Under the pieces are notes generated by a model. It was given only the letters and a program-made list of their open reading frames with translations. It was not told where the DNA came from and searched no databases. A stretch of 64,000 bases of DNA from Flectonema sp. DT1601 (Eukaryota). Of the stretch, positions 1-11,467 are shown piece by piece. Both the position numbers and the translations under genes were made by a program. The DNA is taken from NCBI GenBank assembly GCA_964019425.1, contig OZ025789.1, positions 1,178,001 through 1,242,000 on the forward strand. The letters run 5' to 3'. The first letter of the stretch is position 1; each line of letters begins with the position of its first letter.

Positions 1-2
1 TC

Positions 3-464
3 AATATCGGAAGTGACATCCCTGAGAGTCTTCAGACCCTGGCAGAGTATGTTGGAGAGGTGATGGATGCCCCTAGTGGTCTTAAAAAAGCTGTTAATCT
101 TCCCCCTAGACTTGAGGTAAATCATGCTGAAGCCTCTCACAACAAACTACTTTGCGCATTTCAGCACCACAACGTCACTGGTTTGAAAAAAGGACTTAAA
201 TTAACAGCGGATTGGGTAAAAAAGTCTACGGGGTTTAACCCGGTTGAGTTTTCAGCTGTTGAGGTTTGTTTTTTTTTTCTTGTTGTTTCTTCTTATGGCT
301 GTAATCATGAGGAGAACAAAATAAAATAATAAAAACAGATCAAGCGACAGATGCCCCAATCGTGGGTCACCCCTGAGCTAAAAGAAGCCTCATTTATTGT
401 ACACACTCACTTGGACAATAAAAGGCTATCGCCAGAAGACGTCAATGGCTTAAAGTCTTTTTAA
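3..464 (+). CDS. 3' part of an NAD-dependent epimerase/dehydratase (UDP-glucose 4-epimerase-like SDR); intron 264-338; 5' end outside window
   Basis: Frame reads NIGSDIPESLQTLAEYV...PRLEVNHAEASHNKL...LKKGLKLTADWVKK, a typical extended-SDR C-terminus. Splicing GTTTGT(264)..AACAG(338) continues IKRQMPQSW...KSF* to TAA at 464. Confidence 0.75.
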
Positions 465-604
465 GATGTCAGACGGGAACTGGGTCATCCCTTTCGACTT
501 CAGCGAAGAAATTATCTGCAATGCTGATTGTGTACCGAAGTTAGTATTTCACTTCCATATCCGACGCCCGTTTCAACGGAGCGAATCTTATAATTTGAAA
601 GTGA

Positions 605-636
<32 letters not shown>

Positions 637-637
<1 letters not shown>

Positions 638-742
638 TATCAATATAGTCGGAGACGAAACTATTTAGATGAATGTTGACATTTCTTACAATTATAAGAT
701 TCCGTCTGCTTTCAGCGGAATAAAAAGCTAATCTGAATAGTT
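637..742 (+). mobile_element. Short dispersed element, copy A (subterminal inverted repeats)
   Basis: After poly-T: gtatcaatatagtcggagacgAAACTATTTAGAT...gctaATCTGAATAGTT. Homologous to copies at 38199, 48413 (reverse) and 58225. Confidence 0.6.
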
Positions 743-1611
743 CTTGTACCTACATTCTTATTGTTCAGTTGACAGAGAGAATCGTGTCAATGTAACCGTC
801 CTATTCTTTTATTAGGTCTTTGCACACGTTACTCACTAAAAAAAACAAAAAAGCGTGAGTAATAAAGTGAATCTAGCTGAGCCTTAAAGGGAAGCTAACT
901 GATTATTCTTTTCCTCATTTTTTTTTTTTTTTTTTTTTTTGTTCTATTTTGAAAGCGAAACGAGACAAAAAAAAAAAAAAAAAATAGACGTACCTAACAG
1001 TGTCTTGCCGCATCCATAAAATATACAAAGTGGATATTTGGAAAAAAAAACACTGAAAACAATAAATAACAAACACGCTAAAACTTTGAAGCGAAGTTGG
1101 ATGTGTTTATTGGTGCCGATATTTTTCTGTTTTATTATTATTATTAATTACATGAACGTGATTTCATTTTTTACATACGTTTTCTTTTCTAAATCAAAGA
1201 ATGTAATTAAGCCGAAAGAGACTTAAGTACCATTCGATAACAATAGAAAAGCTACACCGCACAAAAAAAAAAAAAAAAAAAAGCAATTATAACTTAAGTT
1301 CTGATTATTTATTATTTTTTTTAAAAATTCGGAGAGTAAAGTTCTAATAAGATGAGAATTACTAAATTGAAAAAAAAAAAAAAAAAAAAAAAACACGTTG
1401 CGAGGCTATTACTATTATATTTTATAAGACAGGAAAAATCCACAACAATCTCCGGCTTATCTTGGGTAGCAACCAAAAAAAAAAGGGGGAAAGGATAACT
1501 TTACAAGGTTTTATTAAATACATCTCAGGAAAAATTTCAGTTTTTTTATCCCATTCTTTTTTTTAGAAACGGTGGAGAAGTGGCGGAGTGATTTACCGCA
1601 TAAAAAACTAA

Positions 1612-4600
1612 ATGTCGGAGGGAGGGAGAAAGGTCTTCATGGAGGAGAGAACGTCTTCTCTGCTGTCGATAACACACAGCGAGATCCAAAACTATGGAAC
1701 CATGGTAGATAAACAACTCTTAAACACAGCTGACGGATCTGACGACAGCGATGGAGGACTCTACGATACTGCTCGTCCTCAAGGTAATGTTTGGTTGAGA
1801 TGGATAGCAACTGCTGCTGCTGCAAGCACCTTTATGCGGGTAGACGTCTTCTCACTGTTGAATTTAATTGTTTGTGGTGTCTTAACTAAATACGTACCTC
1901 AGAGAAGACCTCCGCGGATACCATTTTCTATAACTGTAGTGTCGTCGTTGATACCAATTATTTCGATGGGGATTACTATTTATACATTACCAATAGTTTC
2001 AGTAGTTTCAATTATTAATATCGTCCCTGAACTAGGATGTTTAATCTTATGTTGTTGTATTTATTTCTGTAGCTCTACTGAGACAAGACCATCATCACCA
2101 TCATCATCAGTAGGTGTGAGTATTCAGAGTTGGCCAATTGCTAGTTTGGTGTTGCCAGCTTTGGCTGTTTGTAGTCATCCGTCTTTGGTAGCTCTTCCTC
2201 TGTTGTGGATATTTTATCATCAGTTGGCTAGACTTTATGGGGGTGTTGATCATGAGGGAGGACTGACCACGTTGATTCATAAGAAATTAGCTGCTTTTTC
2301 ATTCATTTTACTGCTAATGAACATGACTTCAGAAATAATAGCACCGACGATCTCAAACTCTCCAGAGACGTTCCCAATATCTGACAGCTGCTATGACGAT
2401 AAGTCTATATCTCATGTCCTACTTGGTGATGCTTGGTGTGGAAAAACACCGCTGATAACTTTTATACATTATTTATCATTGTCTGCGATGACAGCTGGTT
2501 TTGGAAGATCACCGGGAACATTTGCATACAATAATGCTTTTTATCGGTTGGTGTCACCCCTTTTATTACTGTACTTGTTGTTGATATGTGTAATGGTTTA
2601 TTGCGTGATTGCATCTGGATTGGCTGCTGTTTTACTTTTATTGAGTACGTTCTTAACATTAAATATAAGAGGAGTCGCTGGTTATGATTCTTCCTCTTTC
2701 GGAACATCGATGTCTCTGTTAGCAGTGTTAGTGATCAGCATATCTGTTAGCTGTTGGTTTTTTATTACTGGAGATGTATCAAACGGTTCTAGTGAGGGAG
2801 CTTTACTATTATTAATACCGTTGTTAGTATCTCTTAGTGGGAGACTCTACATTCAATCTGCGACAACAGAACTGTCAGCTGCTAATTGGGATGCCTCAGA
2901 AGATGGTGATGAAACGTTATCTGAGAATTACTTTAGTTTTCCTACGGTGGTTTCTAATTTAGATGTCATCATCAGCTCTCTCTCGTCTAAAGAAATCGCA
3001 CCGAAGGGAACATCAAAAATGATTGCTCTTCTGACATTGATTTTCTCATCTGCTGGGTTGGTTGATATTCCTCACCTGTTCCTTCTTATTATAAGTTGGT
3101 TCATCTTCTTGCAGAGGAAAACTAGTAAAGCGTCTTGGAAATTCTTGGTAATAATCACAGAATTTATGATAACTTCAACATACACTGTGAGTTGGGTAGT
3201 TCCAAAATACAGCAATGAATTTGAGAATGTACCGCATCCAGTCTTCGGAGATGCATCTCCTGAAAGCTTAGCATTACTGACACTCGCATTGTGTTTTGCT
3301 ATCGGACATTGGAAGAGTTTGGAGACTCCAGAATGGTGGAGGAATCCTCATGAGCCTAAACTACTATCAGAGACTATGCTTACAGGTATTAGTCTTGGAA
3401 TGTTATTAGTTAGTAGTTTACAACCTGACAATACACAGTTACTAACGGTATCAGGATTATTACTTTATACTATCGGTGGTTGGATTATTGGTGGGGCTAA
3501 ACAACAACAGTATCGACGAGGATTTACATTGTGGGCAGGTATTATGACAGGCTTACTAACGTTGGCGATATTTATTGGAAGGTTTCAAGGATGTTCTGTG
3601 TGCAGTCGTGTTGGTGATTGGGTGGGAATTTCAGCCAAATCTCGGAAAGATTCGATGTTCACGTGGCACTTACCAATCCATGAAATCAGTTGGTTGTGTA
3701 CTTCTTTAGTTCTTACATTTCAGTTAAATCGATACAAGTCTTCCTTCATAGAGTCTCCAGCTGTAGCTCCTTACATATTTTCAACAATCATTGCACCCGC
3801 ATGTTTATTGCTTGCTGCGCTTTGCCCTCCATCATACTACACGGTTATCGGTTTAAGTTATTTTTTACTTGCTGTTGCTACGGTACTTTCTAGATTTTCG
3901 TTGTTATTTTATTCCTTGTCTGGTCACATTGCACCGAATGTCGCATCGGGAGGGATGTCTGTTTTAGATTTGTCAGCATTTGTTGCATTACTTTTTATTG
4001 TTCATGTGGTATGCTTACCGTCGTTAAGTTCTTGGATGAGAGTTCCTTTATCTGATGCCTATTCGCAATGGGTTTCAGGAGTTCAGCCGAAGTCTCCCCT
4101 TGCTTCATATACCGTTGCTGATCTAGTCCCGCATTGTCTTGTTTTAACTGGATCGTTTTTGGAACGATGGTGTTGGTTGCATACGAAGTCTAAGCTTTTC
4201 AAGTCAAAAACACAACCAGATTTTCAACTTTCAGTCTCATTTGAAATATTATTGGGAACTTTGATGATTGGAGTGTTACAAGAGAGTACGTTGTTTAGTA
4301 TCGTTTATGTTCTTATAGCAATTACCTTAGCACGTCTTGGCAAGGTTCGGATTGCTCAACGACCATCAGTTCCTCTTGCGGTGTTGGTAGTGTCTGTGAT
4401 TATGGGTCTTTATAGTTATATTGTAAGCACGTCTGTGAATTCAAGAATTGATTTGGTTTTGAATTTCTTGGTAACGTCAGCTGCTGGAGCTACAGCAACA
4501 GCTTCATTTCAAGTTTGTTCCAAATGCTATGCTCAACTGTATCAAATTTTTGATGAGAGAATTACATCAGAACTACTAACAAAACAAGACATCATTAATC

Positions 4601-7600
4601 AATCTCGTAGAAATAAGAGTGACATGACAATGGTAATCCCAATTGAGATAAAGAGTTCGAAATTAATATTAAAATCAGCTGTGATAATACCTTATATTTT
4701 ATTAATCATAGTCTTCATTCACGGATCATACCAACAAGCTGATGGTTCAACATATGAACAGCTTCAGTTTACTCAGGTTGCTAAAATCTTATTCTCAGTT
4801 GTTATGCTTCCTCGGTTGGACTCGAGTGTCTGGAAAGGAAATCACGATTGGAAATGGGGAGCGAGACTGTATGCTGGGTTAGCTATAACATGGCTTGTTG
4901 GTGATGTGATTCCGGAACTGACAGAGAAGTATCCCTCAGTTGGATTTAAGAATCAATCACTGACCTCAATCTTAATTATTGGATCGTTGCTGTGGAGATG
5001 GGGGAGAGTGATGGATTCACTCTTCTGGATGGAAGTCTTAAGAACATTTCACGATGATCACCAAGGATCAAAAGCAGAAGGAACTCGAATCGCAACAGAA
5101 AGACGAGACAGTGTTGAAGAATCTCATGAAATAACTGCTCATCAACGTGAGTTGAGAAAAGATGCTCTGAGAGAAATTCAAAAAAGGAAAAAAGATGTTC
5201 ACAAAGCATGGAACAAACTAATGAAACTTGGAGCTGACACCCCCGGAGGAATAAATAGAACACCAACAATGCTACCAATACCAAGCCAGAGTAAAATGAC
5301 TAAGGAATCCCCTTCTTTGTCTGAGTTTGATTTCCTCCCCATTGAAACAAAAGTTACGAGTACCATAGGACAGTTACCAACTGGTGTCGTATACCCTCCG
5401 TCATTCTCAGCAAAGTTATTAAGCTACGTACTGTTTGTATCTTATCGACCACTGTCGAGTCTGGTTATAGAGAAAGATTACATTCAACAAATCGGTTTAT
5501 TCTCTTCATACGTTCATATTTTATTATTAACATTGTGTTCTGTAGGAGCTGAAGTAATATACCTTGTTACGACATTACATTTCTTAGCTAATCCTTGCAT
5601 TGCTACCCTACTTCCGTTTTTAACTGTATTGTTATATGCATTAGTGTCTTGTCCTATGCCTGTAAGTGCTTATTGGAAGTATTTGGTTATTTATTATCAA
5701 GTGTTGATTGTGATTAAAGCGATCGTACTTTCACTTGTCATTACGAAAGTTAATTCGAATTCAATATTGTTGTTGACTCTCGGATGGAAGACAATATTAC
5801 AAGCTGATGCGGGATTGTCGTTTTTTCAATTCATCGCATGGGAAGCGACACTACTCCTATTGTTGTTACTTCATAGGTATTCATTAGATAATATATTCGG
5901 GTTGTGGAGTGACATTGGAGTTTGTCTAGAGAGACTAATCCCTGTAAAGACACACATTGATAATCAGAGTATCCCAAGTCACTATACCTCAAGATCATTA
6001 TCAATGTGGGGTGGTGTTCGATATGGAAACACTGTTCTGGGAGGTGCATCTGTCCAAACAGCATCTCAATCAACAGCTAAAGGTATCATTCCTGGATTAG
6101 ATGGAAGCTATCGAAGATTTTGGATAAATCTATTCAACACCACAGTTAAACCAGGTGCTGATTACTATATTTTCGCATTCGTTTTCGACCTGACCAGCTG
6201 GGTAGTCCTCCTCGCTGGATTTTCAGCAATAATGGGAAGCAACGTTGGGATAGCAGAATCTATTAAGAATAATTTACTTCCGGGATCTTTGGTTTTAGTT
6301 TTGTTCGTATTGTTTACCATTATGGTGGTCGATAGGATCGTTTATCTAACGAGATCTTTACACACTAAGGTGATATTTCATGTTTTATTAACACTCTTGT
6401 ATCTCATGATGTATCTTGGTTGGTGTTACTCTCACATTGAACGTTTTGGAGCCCTAAAAACACAGGGAACCGATGCTTCTCGATGGAAGCAAACTGCATT
6501 CAGACCAACACTAGTACTACAGCTATTCTGCGGTTTGAAATTAGCATACCTGGCAGTTAGTGCGCTGCAGCTTCGATCGGGTTTTCCAGATACTATTCAG
6601 ATGCATTTTTTTGCTGAAAGATACTCAACACCGTGGTACTTGTTGTATTCTGTTTATAGAGCTGTTCCTTTTTTATTTGAATTCCGATCCATTCTAGACT
6701 GGACCTTCTCATCAACTTCATTAAAACTCGCATATTGGCTTCGCCTTGAAGACATTACTCATGAGATCCATATTTGTTCATGTGATCGTTATGATACGAC
6801 AAAACTAATTGAGAAGACTGGTGGGGAAGGAAAAGCCTATCCCAAATCATGGAAGTGTCGATCAGGAGCAGGGTTCATATTAGCTTTATCGAGTATATTA
6901 TTCTTTCCGTTACTTTGGTATTCGAGTATTGGTCCTGCGCTGACTGTTAATTATGTAACAGAAGCTGAGATTAGTTTGTCCTTATCATCGAAAGAATCAG
7001 CTCTGGGTGATCTCTTCTACGCAAAGTATGAAATTCCGAAATTGGATGGCCTGTTAGAAGATTTACAAAACCGACATCAATCTCTTTCTCTTCCACCTGC
7101 TTGGGGACAAAGCATCGAATCTACGAGACCATCATTGGCTGGGTTTGGACTAGCCTATGGAGGAACAAGAACCCTTCAGATGCTTCCATTTTCTAAATCA
7201 AGTTTAACACGATGGGAGTTATCTGGAGCTGCTGTGTCAGAGTTGTTGGAAACTTCATCAAGGGCTTTATTAAACCAAACAGATCTTTATTGCGGTTTGA
7301 ACCTGAGAATAAAGAGACCATACGCTCCTAAGAATACTCTCAAAATATCTGAACAGCAGTCGCATAAATTCGAACCCAGAGAGTTAAAAGAATTAGTGAA
7401 CATCGTAAGCACTGGTAGCGGATCTCTAGTCCTTCCTTTGTTGTATACTCCGTTTGCGTTTAGTAGGAGTGAGGAGCTTAAGTTTTTTGAAATTGGACCG
7501 ACAGACGAATATGACATCCGACCACAAGCAACTAATCGAGTAAACTGTCTTCTCACACTACACAATGAACAGAACAGCTACTGGACGATGGAATGTAGTA

Positions 7601-8109
7601 CTCTGTTTGCTAACGGAAATCCATCAGCTATTGTCAATGCGGATGGTACGTCCGGGTTTAAGTTTACTAATCGAGAAGCTGCTTGTATCAATGCGACTAT
7701 TTATGAGGAATTAGCTGCTTGTGCTGATATTAATTACGATCTTGACAACTCTGTTCCTCAAACTACCCAATCAGGTCCATACTTTTTAGCAATCTCCGAC
7801 TTAGTAACAAACGGTAGCATGTTAATACCTTCATTAGGAGTGATCGCATTGTACACAACTTTTGTACTTGCTGTTGGTAGAGTTCTGAGGGCATCACTCA
7901 CTGGAGATGCGTCTAAGCTTCATCTCACGAATATGGAAACTCCCGACTCCTTAAGAACCTTGATTGGATATATTCATATGGCTAGAGCGGAGGGTGATTT
8001 AGAATTAGAACATGGATTGTTTTACGAACTCGTCAGTTTATTAAAAAATCAAGAAGTGATGCGGCAATGGTTGGAAGTGCAATCTAGTGTACCAACTGCC
8101 CTGATTTAA
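1612..8109 (+). CDS. PIEZO: Piezo-family mechanosensitive ion channel (2165 aa, single exon)
   Basis: Many hydrophobic TM segments; PFLFEFRSILDWTF (PFEW motif), WLRLEDI, LFFPLLWYS, GVIALYTTFVLAVGR and final ARAEGDLELEHGLFYELVSLLK match the Piezo pore module. Confidence 0.92.
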   Translation: MSEGGRKVFMEERTSSLLSITHSEIQNYGTMVDKQLLNTADGSDDSDGGLYDTARPQGNVWLRWIATAAAASTFMRVDVFSLLNLIVCGVLTKYVPQRRPPRIPFSITVVSSLIPIISMGITIYTLPIVSVVSIINIVPELGCLILCCCIYFCSSTETRPSSPSSSVGVSIQSWPIASLVLPALAVCSHPSLVALPLLWIFYHQLARLYGGVDHEGGLTTLIHKKLAAFSFILLLMNMTSEIIAPTISNSPETFPISDSCYDDKSISHVLLGDAWCGKTPLITFIHYLSLSAMTAGFGRSPGTFAYNNAFYRLVSPLLLLYLLLICVMVYCVIASGLAAVLLLLSTFLTLNIRGVAGYDSSSFGTSMSLLAVLVISISVSCWFFITGDVSNGSSEGALLLLIPLLVSLSGRLYIQSATTELSAANWDASEDGDETLSENYFSFPTVVSNLDVIISSLSSKEIAPKGTSKMIALLTLIFSSAGLVDIPHLFLLIISWFIFLQRKTSKASWKFLVIITEFMITSTYTVSWVVPKYSNEFENVPHPVFGDASPESLALLTLALCFAIGHWKSLETPEWWRNPHEPKLLSETMLTGISLGMLLVSSLQPDNTQLLTVSGLLLYTIGGWIIGGAKQQQYRRGFTLWAGIMTGLLTLAIFIGRFQGCSVCSRVGDWVGISAKSRKDSMFTWHLPIHEISWLCTSLVLTFQLNRYKSSFIESPAVAPYIFSTIIAPACLLLAALCPPSYYTVIGLSYFLLAVATVLSRFSLLFYSLSGHIAPNVASGGMSVLDLSAFVALLFIVHVVCLPSLSSWMRVPLSDAYSQWVSGVQPKSPLASYTVADLVPHCLVLTGSFLERWCWLHTKSKLFKSKTQPDFQLSVSFEILLGTLMIGVLQESTLFSIVYVLIAITLARLGKVRIAQRPSVPLAVLVVSVIMGLYSYIVSTSVNSRIDLVLNFLVTSAAGATATASFQVCSKCYAQLYQIFDERITSELLTKQDIINQSRRNKSDMTMVIPIEIKSSKLILKSAVIIPYILLIIVFIHGSYQQADGSTYEQLQFTQVAKILFSVVMLPRLDSSVWKGNHDWKWGARLYAGLAITWLVGDVIPELTEKYPSVGFKNQSLTSILIIGSLLWRWGRVMDSLFWMEVLRTFHDDHQGSKAEGTRIATERRDSVEESHEITAHQRELRKDALREIQKRKKDVHKAWNKLMKLGADTPGGINRTPTMLPIPSQSKMTKESPSLSEFDFLPIETKVTSTIGQLPTGVVYPPSFSAKLLSYVLFVSYRPLSSLVIEKDYIQQIGLFSSYVHILLLTLCSVGAEVIYLVTTLHFLANPCIATLLPFLTVLLYALVSCPMPVSAYWKYLVIYYQVLIVIKAIVLSLVITKVNSNSILLLTLGWKTILQADAGLSFFQFIAWEATLLLLLLLHRYSLDNIFGLWSDIGVCLERLIPVKTHIDNQSIPSHYTSRSLSMWGGVRYGNTVLGGASVQTASQSTAKGIIPGLDGSYRRFWINLFNTTVKPGADYYIFAFVFDLTSWVVLLAGFSAIMGSNVGIAESIKNNLLPGSLVLVLFVLFTIMVVDRIVYLTRSLHTKVIFHVLLTLLYLMMYLGWCYSHIERFGALKTQGTDASRWKQTAFRPTLVLQLFCGLKLAYLAVSALQLRSGFPDTIQMHFFAERYSTPWYLLYSVYRAVPFLFEFRSILDWTFSSTSLKLAYWLRLEDITHEIHICSCDRYDTTKLIEKTGGEGKAYPKSWKCRSGAGFILALSSILFFPLLWYSSIGPALTVNYVTEAEISLSLSSKESALGDLFYAKYEIPKLDGLLEDLQNRHQSLSLPPAWGQSIESTRPSLAGFGLAYGGTRTLQMLPFSKSSLTRWELSGAAVSELLETSSRALLNQTDLYCGLNLRIKRPYAPKNTLKISEQQSHKFEPRELKELVNIVSTGSGSLVLPLLYTPFAFSRSEELKFFEIGPTDEYDIRPQATNRVNCLLTLHNEQNSYWTMECSTLFANGNPSAIVNADGTSGFKFTNREAACINATIYEELAACADINYDLDNSVPQTTQSGPYFLAISDLVTNGSMLIPSLGVIALYTTFVLAVGRVLRASLTGDASKLHLTNMETPDSLRTLIGYIHMARAEGDLELEHGLFYELVSLLKNQEVMRQWLEVQSSVPTALI

Positions 8110-8330
8110 CATTACATTTTTAACTATGATTGTATTTCTTTTAGTTGTTTTTTTCAGTCATGCTTGTTACTTTCTATTTTCAGGGTATAATTTTTTTTTT
8201 CCACTGAAAATAATAAAATGACCGTTGTCCTTCTGTGTCGTGATTAATAACAACAACAACAACAACAATACCAATAATAATAATAATTTTTAAAAAATAG
8301 CCAAACCTCTAACACTTAATAAAAAAAAAA

Positions 8331-9011
8331 ATGGCTGTTGAACTTTACTTGATGAGACCGTCAGTTCACACACACGGTGCGTGGATGTTGTTAAAACAAG
8401 CAGGTGTTGAACATGAGCTAAAAGACGTTGATCTCATGAAGGGAGAACAGAACACTCCAGAATACAAAGCCATGAACCCTCTTCACACTGTACCAACATT
8501 GAAAGATGGAGATCAGTGTGTTTGGGAGAGTAACGCAATAGTTAGATATATCGTAAACAAGTACGACTCGGCAAAGAAATTCTACCCAGAAGACTTGAAG
8601 ACTAGGACTCACTGTGACATGGCATTAGAATGGAAACAGAACACATTATATAAAGGATTGGCTGATGTTGTTTACCCAATCATGGGATTCTCTCCAAAAA
8701 ACGAAGATGCCCACAACGCCGCTATAGCTAAGTTTCAAGCCGACTGCAAAGACGGTTACTTCTACACCTTTGAGAACTTCTTTTTAAACGGAAAGAAGTT
8801 TATTTGTGGTGATGAGCCAACGATTGCTGACTTTGTCATTGCTCCATGCTTTGAATTTATTGATATTTGCGATGAAATTAAATACCCGGCAGCCATCACT
8901 GAATACCGTAAGCGTTTCTGTGCCGCTACTGGCTATGATGAAATGGCCAACGGAATGGGTGGCTTTGGAACTCGTCAGATGGTTGAGATGAAGCGTCCAA
9001 AGAAAGAATAG
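8331..9011 (+). CDS. Glutathione S-transferase (theta/delta-like)
   Basis: VDLMKGEQNTPEYKAMNPLHTVPTLKDG..WESNAIVRY (GST N-domain); FICGDEPTIADF (C-domain N-cap motif). Confidence 0.93.
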   Translation: MAVELYLMRPSVHTHGAWMLLKQAGVEHELKDVDLMKGEQNTPEYKAMNPLHTVPTLKDGDQCVWESNAIVRYIVNKYDSAKKFYPEDLKTRTHCDMALEWKQNTLYKGLADVVYPIMGFSPKNEDAHNAAIAKFQADCKDGYFYTFENFFLNGKKFICGDEPTIADFVIAPCFEFIDICDEIKYPAAITEYRKRFCAATGYDEMANGMGGFGTRQMVEMKRPKKE

Positions 9012-9480
9012 AACTGACTATCCTACTTTTCATTTAAAAAAAAAAAGAAAAAAGCAAAAATAATCGGTTGCGATAATCACCAAGAGATTTAATTTACGTT
9101 ATCTTTTTTTTGTTTGGTTATTTTAATGGGTAAGGGTTTTGCATTGAGAGTTTTTTTTTTTAAATTTTTTTATCAGTAGTGACCTGCATGCCCACATTAG
9201 GAAGCAACTCACTCACTGGTAAGGAGGCTCTTTGTAGATTGTGCTCACCCTCATGTTGAAAATTGCTCTTTCTTCTCTTTTTCGCTTTTTTTTCCGCATC
9301 TTTTTTTTTTTTTTTAAAAAACACTGACCGCTATTATAAGGCAAGCATAAATATATAAAAAATAAAAAGAAAAAACGCGACCGAATAAGACGCTTAAAGC
9401 CTAATTATGATAAAAATGATTAATTTCTTTTTGCTGTAAATATTCAACAACCTTTTTAAGAAGTAAAATTAAAAAAAAAT

Positions 9481-10248
9481 ATGCCAGTACCCGATGACGA
9501 TGTGATGACAGACGATGAAGAATTGCCAGTGGTCACTGATGATGATGAGGAGTCCGTGGAAGAACCGAAACCACAACCAAAGAAAATGAAAAAAGTAAAA
9601 AAAGCGATTTCTTCGTCAAGTGTCGACTCAACAACTGACAGCTCCGAAGGCAGTAGTGAGGATACCGACAGCAGTGATTCCGAAACGGCTTCTGAATCTT
9701 CCAGTGAGGATGGCTCATCTTCATCACCAAAAAAAAAAATTTCTAAAAAACCAGCAAAAAAAAAAACTGCTGCAAAACCATTCGTTAAGAAAGCACTGAG
9801 AAAAAGTCAACCAAAACGTAAAAGTATAAAAAGAGAAGAAGAGTTCGTCGGATCCTCCGAAGACTCGTCTTCAGATTCCTCAACAGAGTTCGATACCACA
9901 ACAGATAGCGATAACAGCAGCTCCGCTGAACCTACTAAGAGAAAAACAAAAAAAAAACCTCCTACGAAGAATTTAAAAAAAGCAGCAGCTAAACACCAAG
10001 AAATAGACAAAGGACTAGAAGCCCACGCCGCTAAGACACTTATCGATAAACAACACAACGTATTGAAACGTGTTGGACCACGAATTCCACCAGTCGCGGT
10101 AATATCAAAATGCTCAAAAGCTCAATTGCAACCTGAGAAACTCGCTCGACTAAAAAGTTTATACAACGCCGCAGATGCGAGTGATCAAAAGTGTCTCGCG
10201 CTGATGTACCCGCAGTATATAACACAGCTTATAGCACAATCAAAATAA
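9481..10248 (+). CDS. Low-complexity protein with alternating acidic Ser/Asp and Lys-rich tracts (possibly nuclear/nucleolar)
   Basis: 255-aa ORF with an A-rich ATG context like neighbouring genes; function guessed from composition only. Confidence 0.65.
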   Translation: MPVPDDDVMTDDEELPVVTDDDEESVEEPKPQPKKMKKVKKAISSSSVDSTTDSSEGSSEDTDSSDSETASESSSEDGSSSSPKKKISKKPAKKKTAAKPFVKKALRKSQPKRKSIKREEEFVGSSEDSSSDSSTEFDTTTDSDNSSSAEPTKRKTKKKPPTKNLKKAAAKHQEIDKGLEAHAAKTLIDKQHNVLKRVGPRIPPVAVISKCSKAQLQPEKLARLKSLYNAADASDQKCLALMYPQYITQLIAQSK

Positions 10249-10635
10249 ATAAATAAATACCATAATGTTATAGTGATTACAACATACCTACTACCCTGAC
10301 GTAGTTTAACTTGGGTTTTCTTTACCAAAAACATTGGTCTGATGCAAGAGAAGAGATTTCCAGTCTTTTCCATGCACATCAACCAAGCAGCTTTCCGGGG
10401 TAATTGTCCCGTGTTCCCGCTTGATGCATTTTCAAGGGAGAATTATTCGTTCACGTCATTGTGATGAAGCAAGACGTGTTTAATAATTAAATTTTTGTTA
10501 TAATCTCCTCTTTTGGAGGGCTTAGCGACCCAACATGTGGTGCTCTTGTTCTTCGAGGAAAAATAAAACAAATCTGAATGGTAACAGCAATTGCATAATT
10601 ATTATTTACCAGTAATATAAAAAAAAAAAAACTAA

Positions 10636-11157
10636 ATGTCTTCGTTGCTAAAATATGTAAGCAACCCCTACATGATTAACTGGCTATCATCTCCTTCCAA
10701 TGATTGTACTTTTGAAGAGAGAATACTTAGTAAATATATTTTAGAGATACTCGAAAAATATGTCTCCGAGATGGAGTCTCACTGCAAAATACCTAATGGA
10801 GGAATTCCTCGTTGGAAGGGTGCGGGTGATATTGTGAATAAGAATATTATAAGCAGCTTGCGGTCTGAACGGATTTCGGTAAATAAAAATAATTTTAACA
10901 TTAAACTAGTTGAGTACAAGGAAACACTATACACTGAGAGTTGTGAACTGGAAGATGAGATTCGCGGTGTGTTATCGCAGTTGGTTGTATCTCAGATTTC
11001 TAAATTTCCTGATCGCCCATCAGAATCCACCGTCCGATCACAAATGGATGACTCACTCCGCAGTAAAGTATATCGCTTGGTGGAGTTACCTCTTTGGATT
11101 CAGGCTGTTGAAAAGTCCATCGAAAATATTCAAATGAAGAATCACTCAGAAAGCTGA
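10636..11157 (+). CDS. Hypothetical protein (173 aa)
   Basis: Coding-like ORF on the gene strand with A-rich start context; no family recognised. Confidence 0.6.
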   Translation: MSSLLKYVSNPYMINWLSSPSNDCTFEERILSKYILEILEKYVSEMESHCKIPNGGIPRWKGAGDIVNKNIISSLRSERISVNKNNFNIKLVEYKETLYTESCELEDEIRGVLSQLVVSQISKFPDRPSESTVRSQMDDSLRSKVYRLVELPLWIQAVEKSIENIQMKNHSES

Positions 11158-11467
11158 CCTGCTCAACGATATTATTGGACGTCGTCTCTCATCTCTCATT
11201 GCCTCCCTCGTGGTCTTTACCAATTGGGGAGCTGCGTATTTTTTTTTTTTTTTTTTTTTTAATGCAACAATCGAATTCGCTATTCATCGTCCTCCCTCAC
11301 AGTCTGTGTAAACACTTCTTAAAATGTTTATAGGAGGGGTGTCGTGTACTTTGGGTTCGTTTCTTTTTTGATTGAAATAAAAAGAAGAAGAAGAACAGGT
11401 GGTTCATGTTTAGATAACTACCTTTCTGAGTACAGATAAAACTTTTATTATTCTTCTATCTCACAAC

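Noticed and set aside
9171..9225. Long hairpin after GST (similar ones near 10441 and 11290)
   Set aside because: Single copy, no sno boxes and no covariation evidence; not distinguishable from chance by eye.
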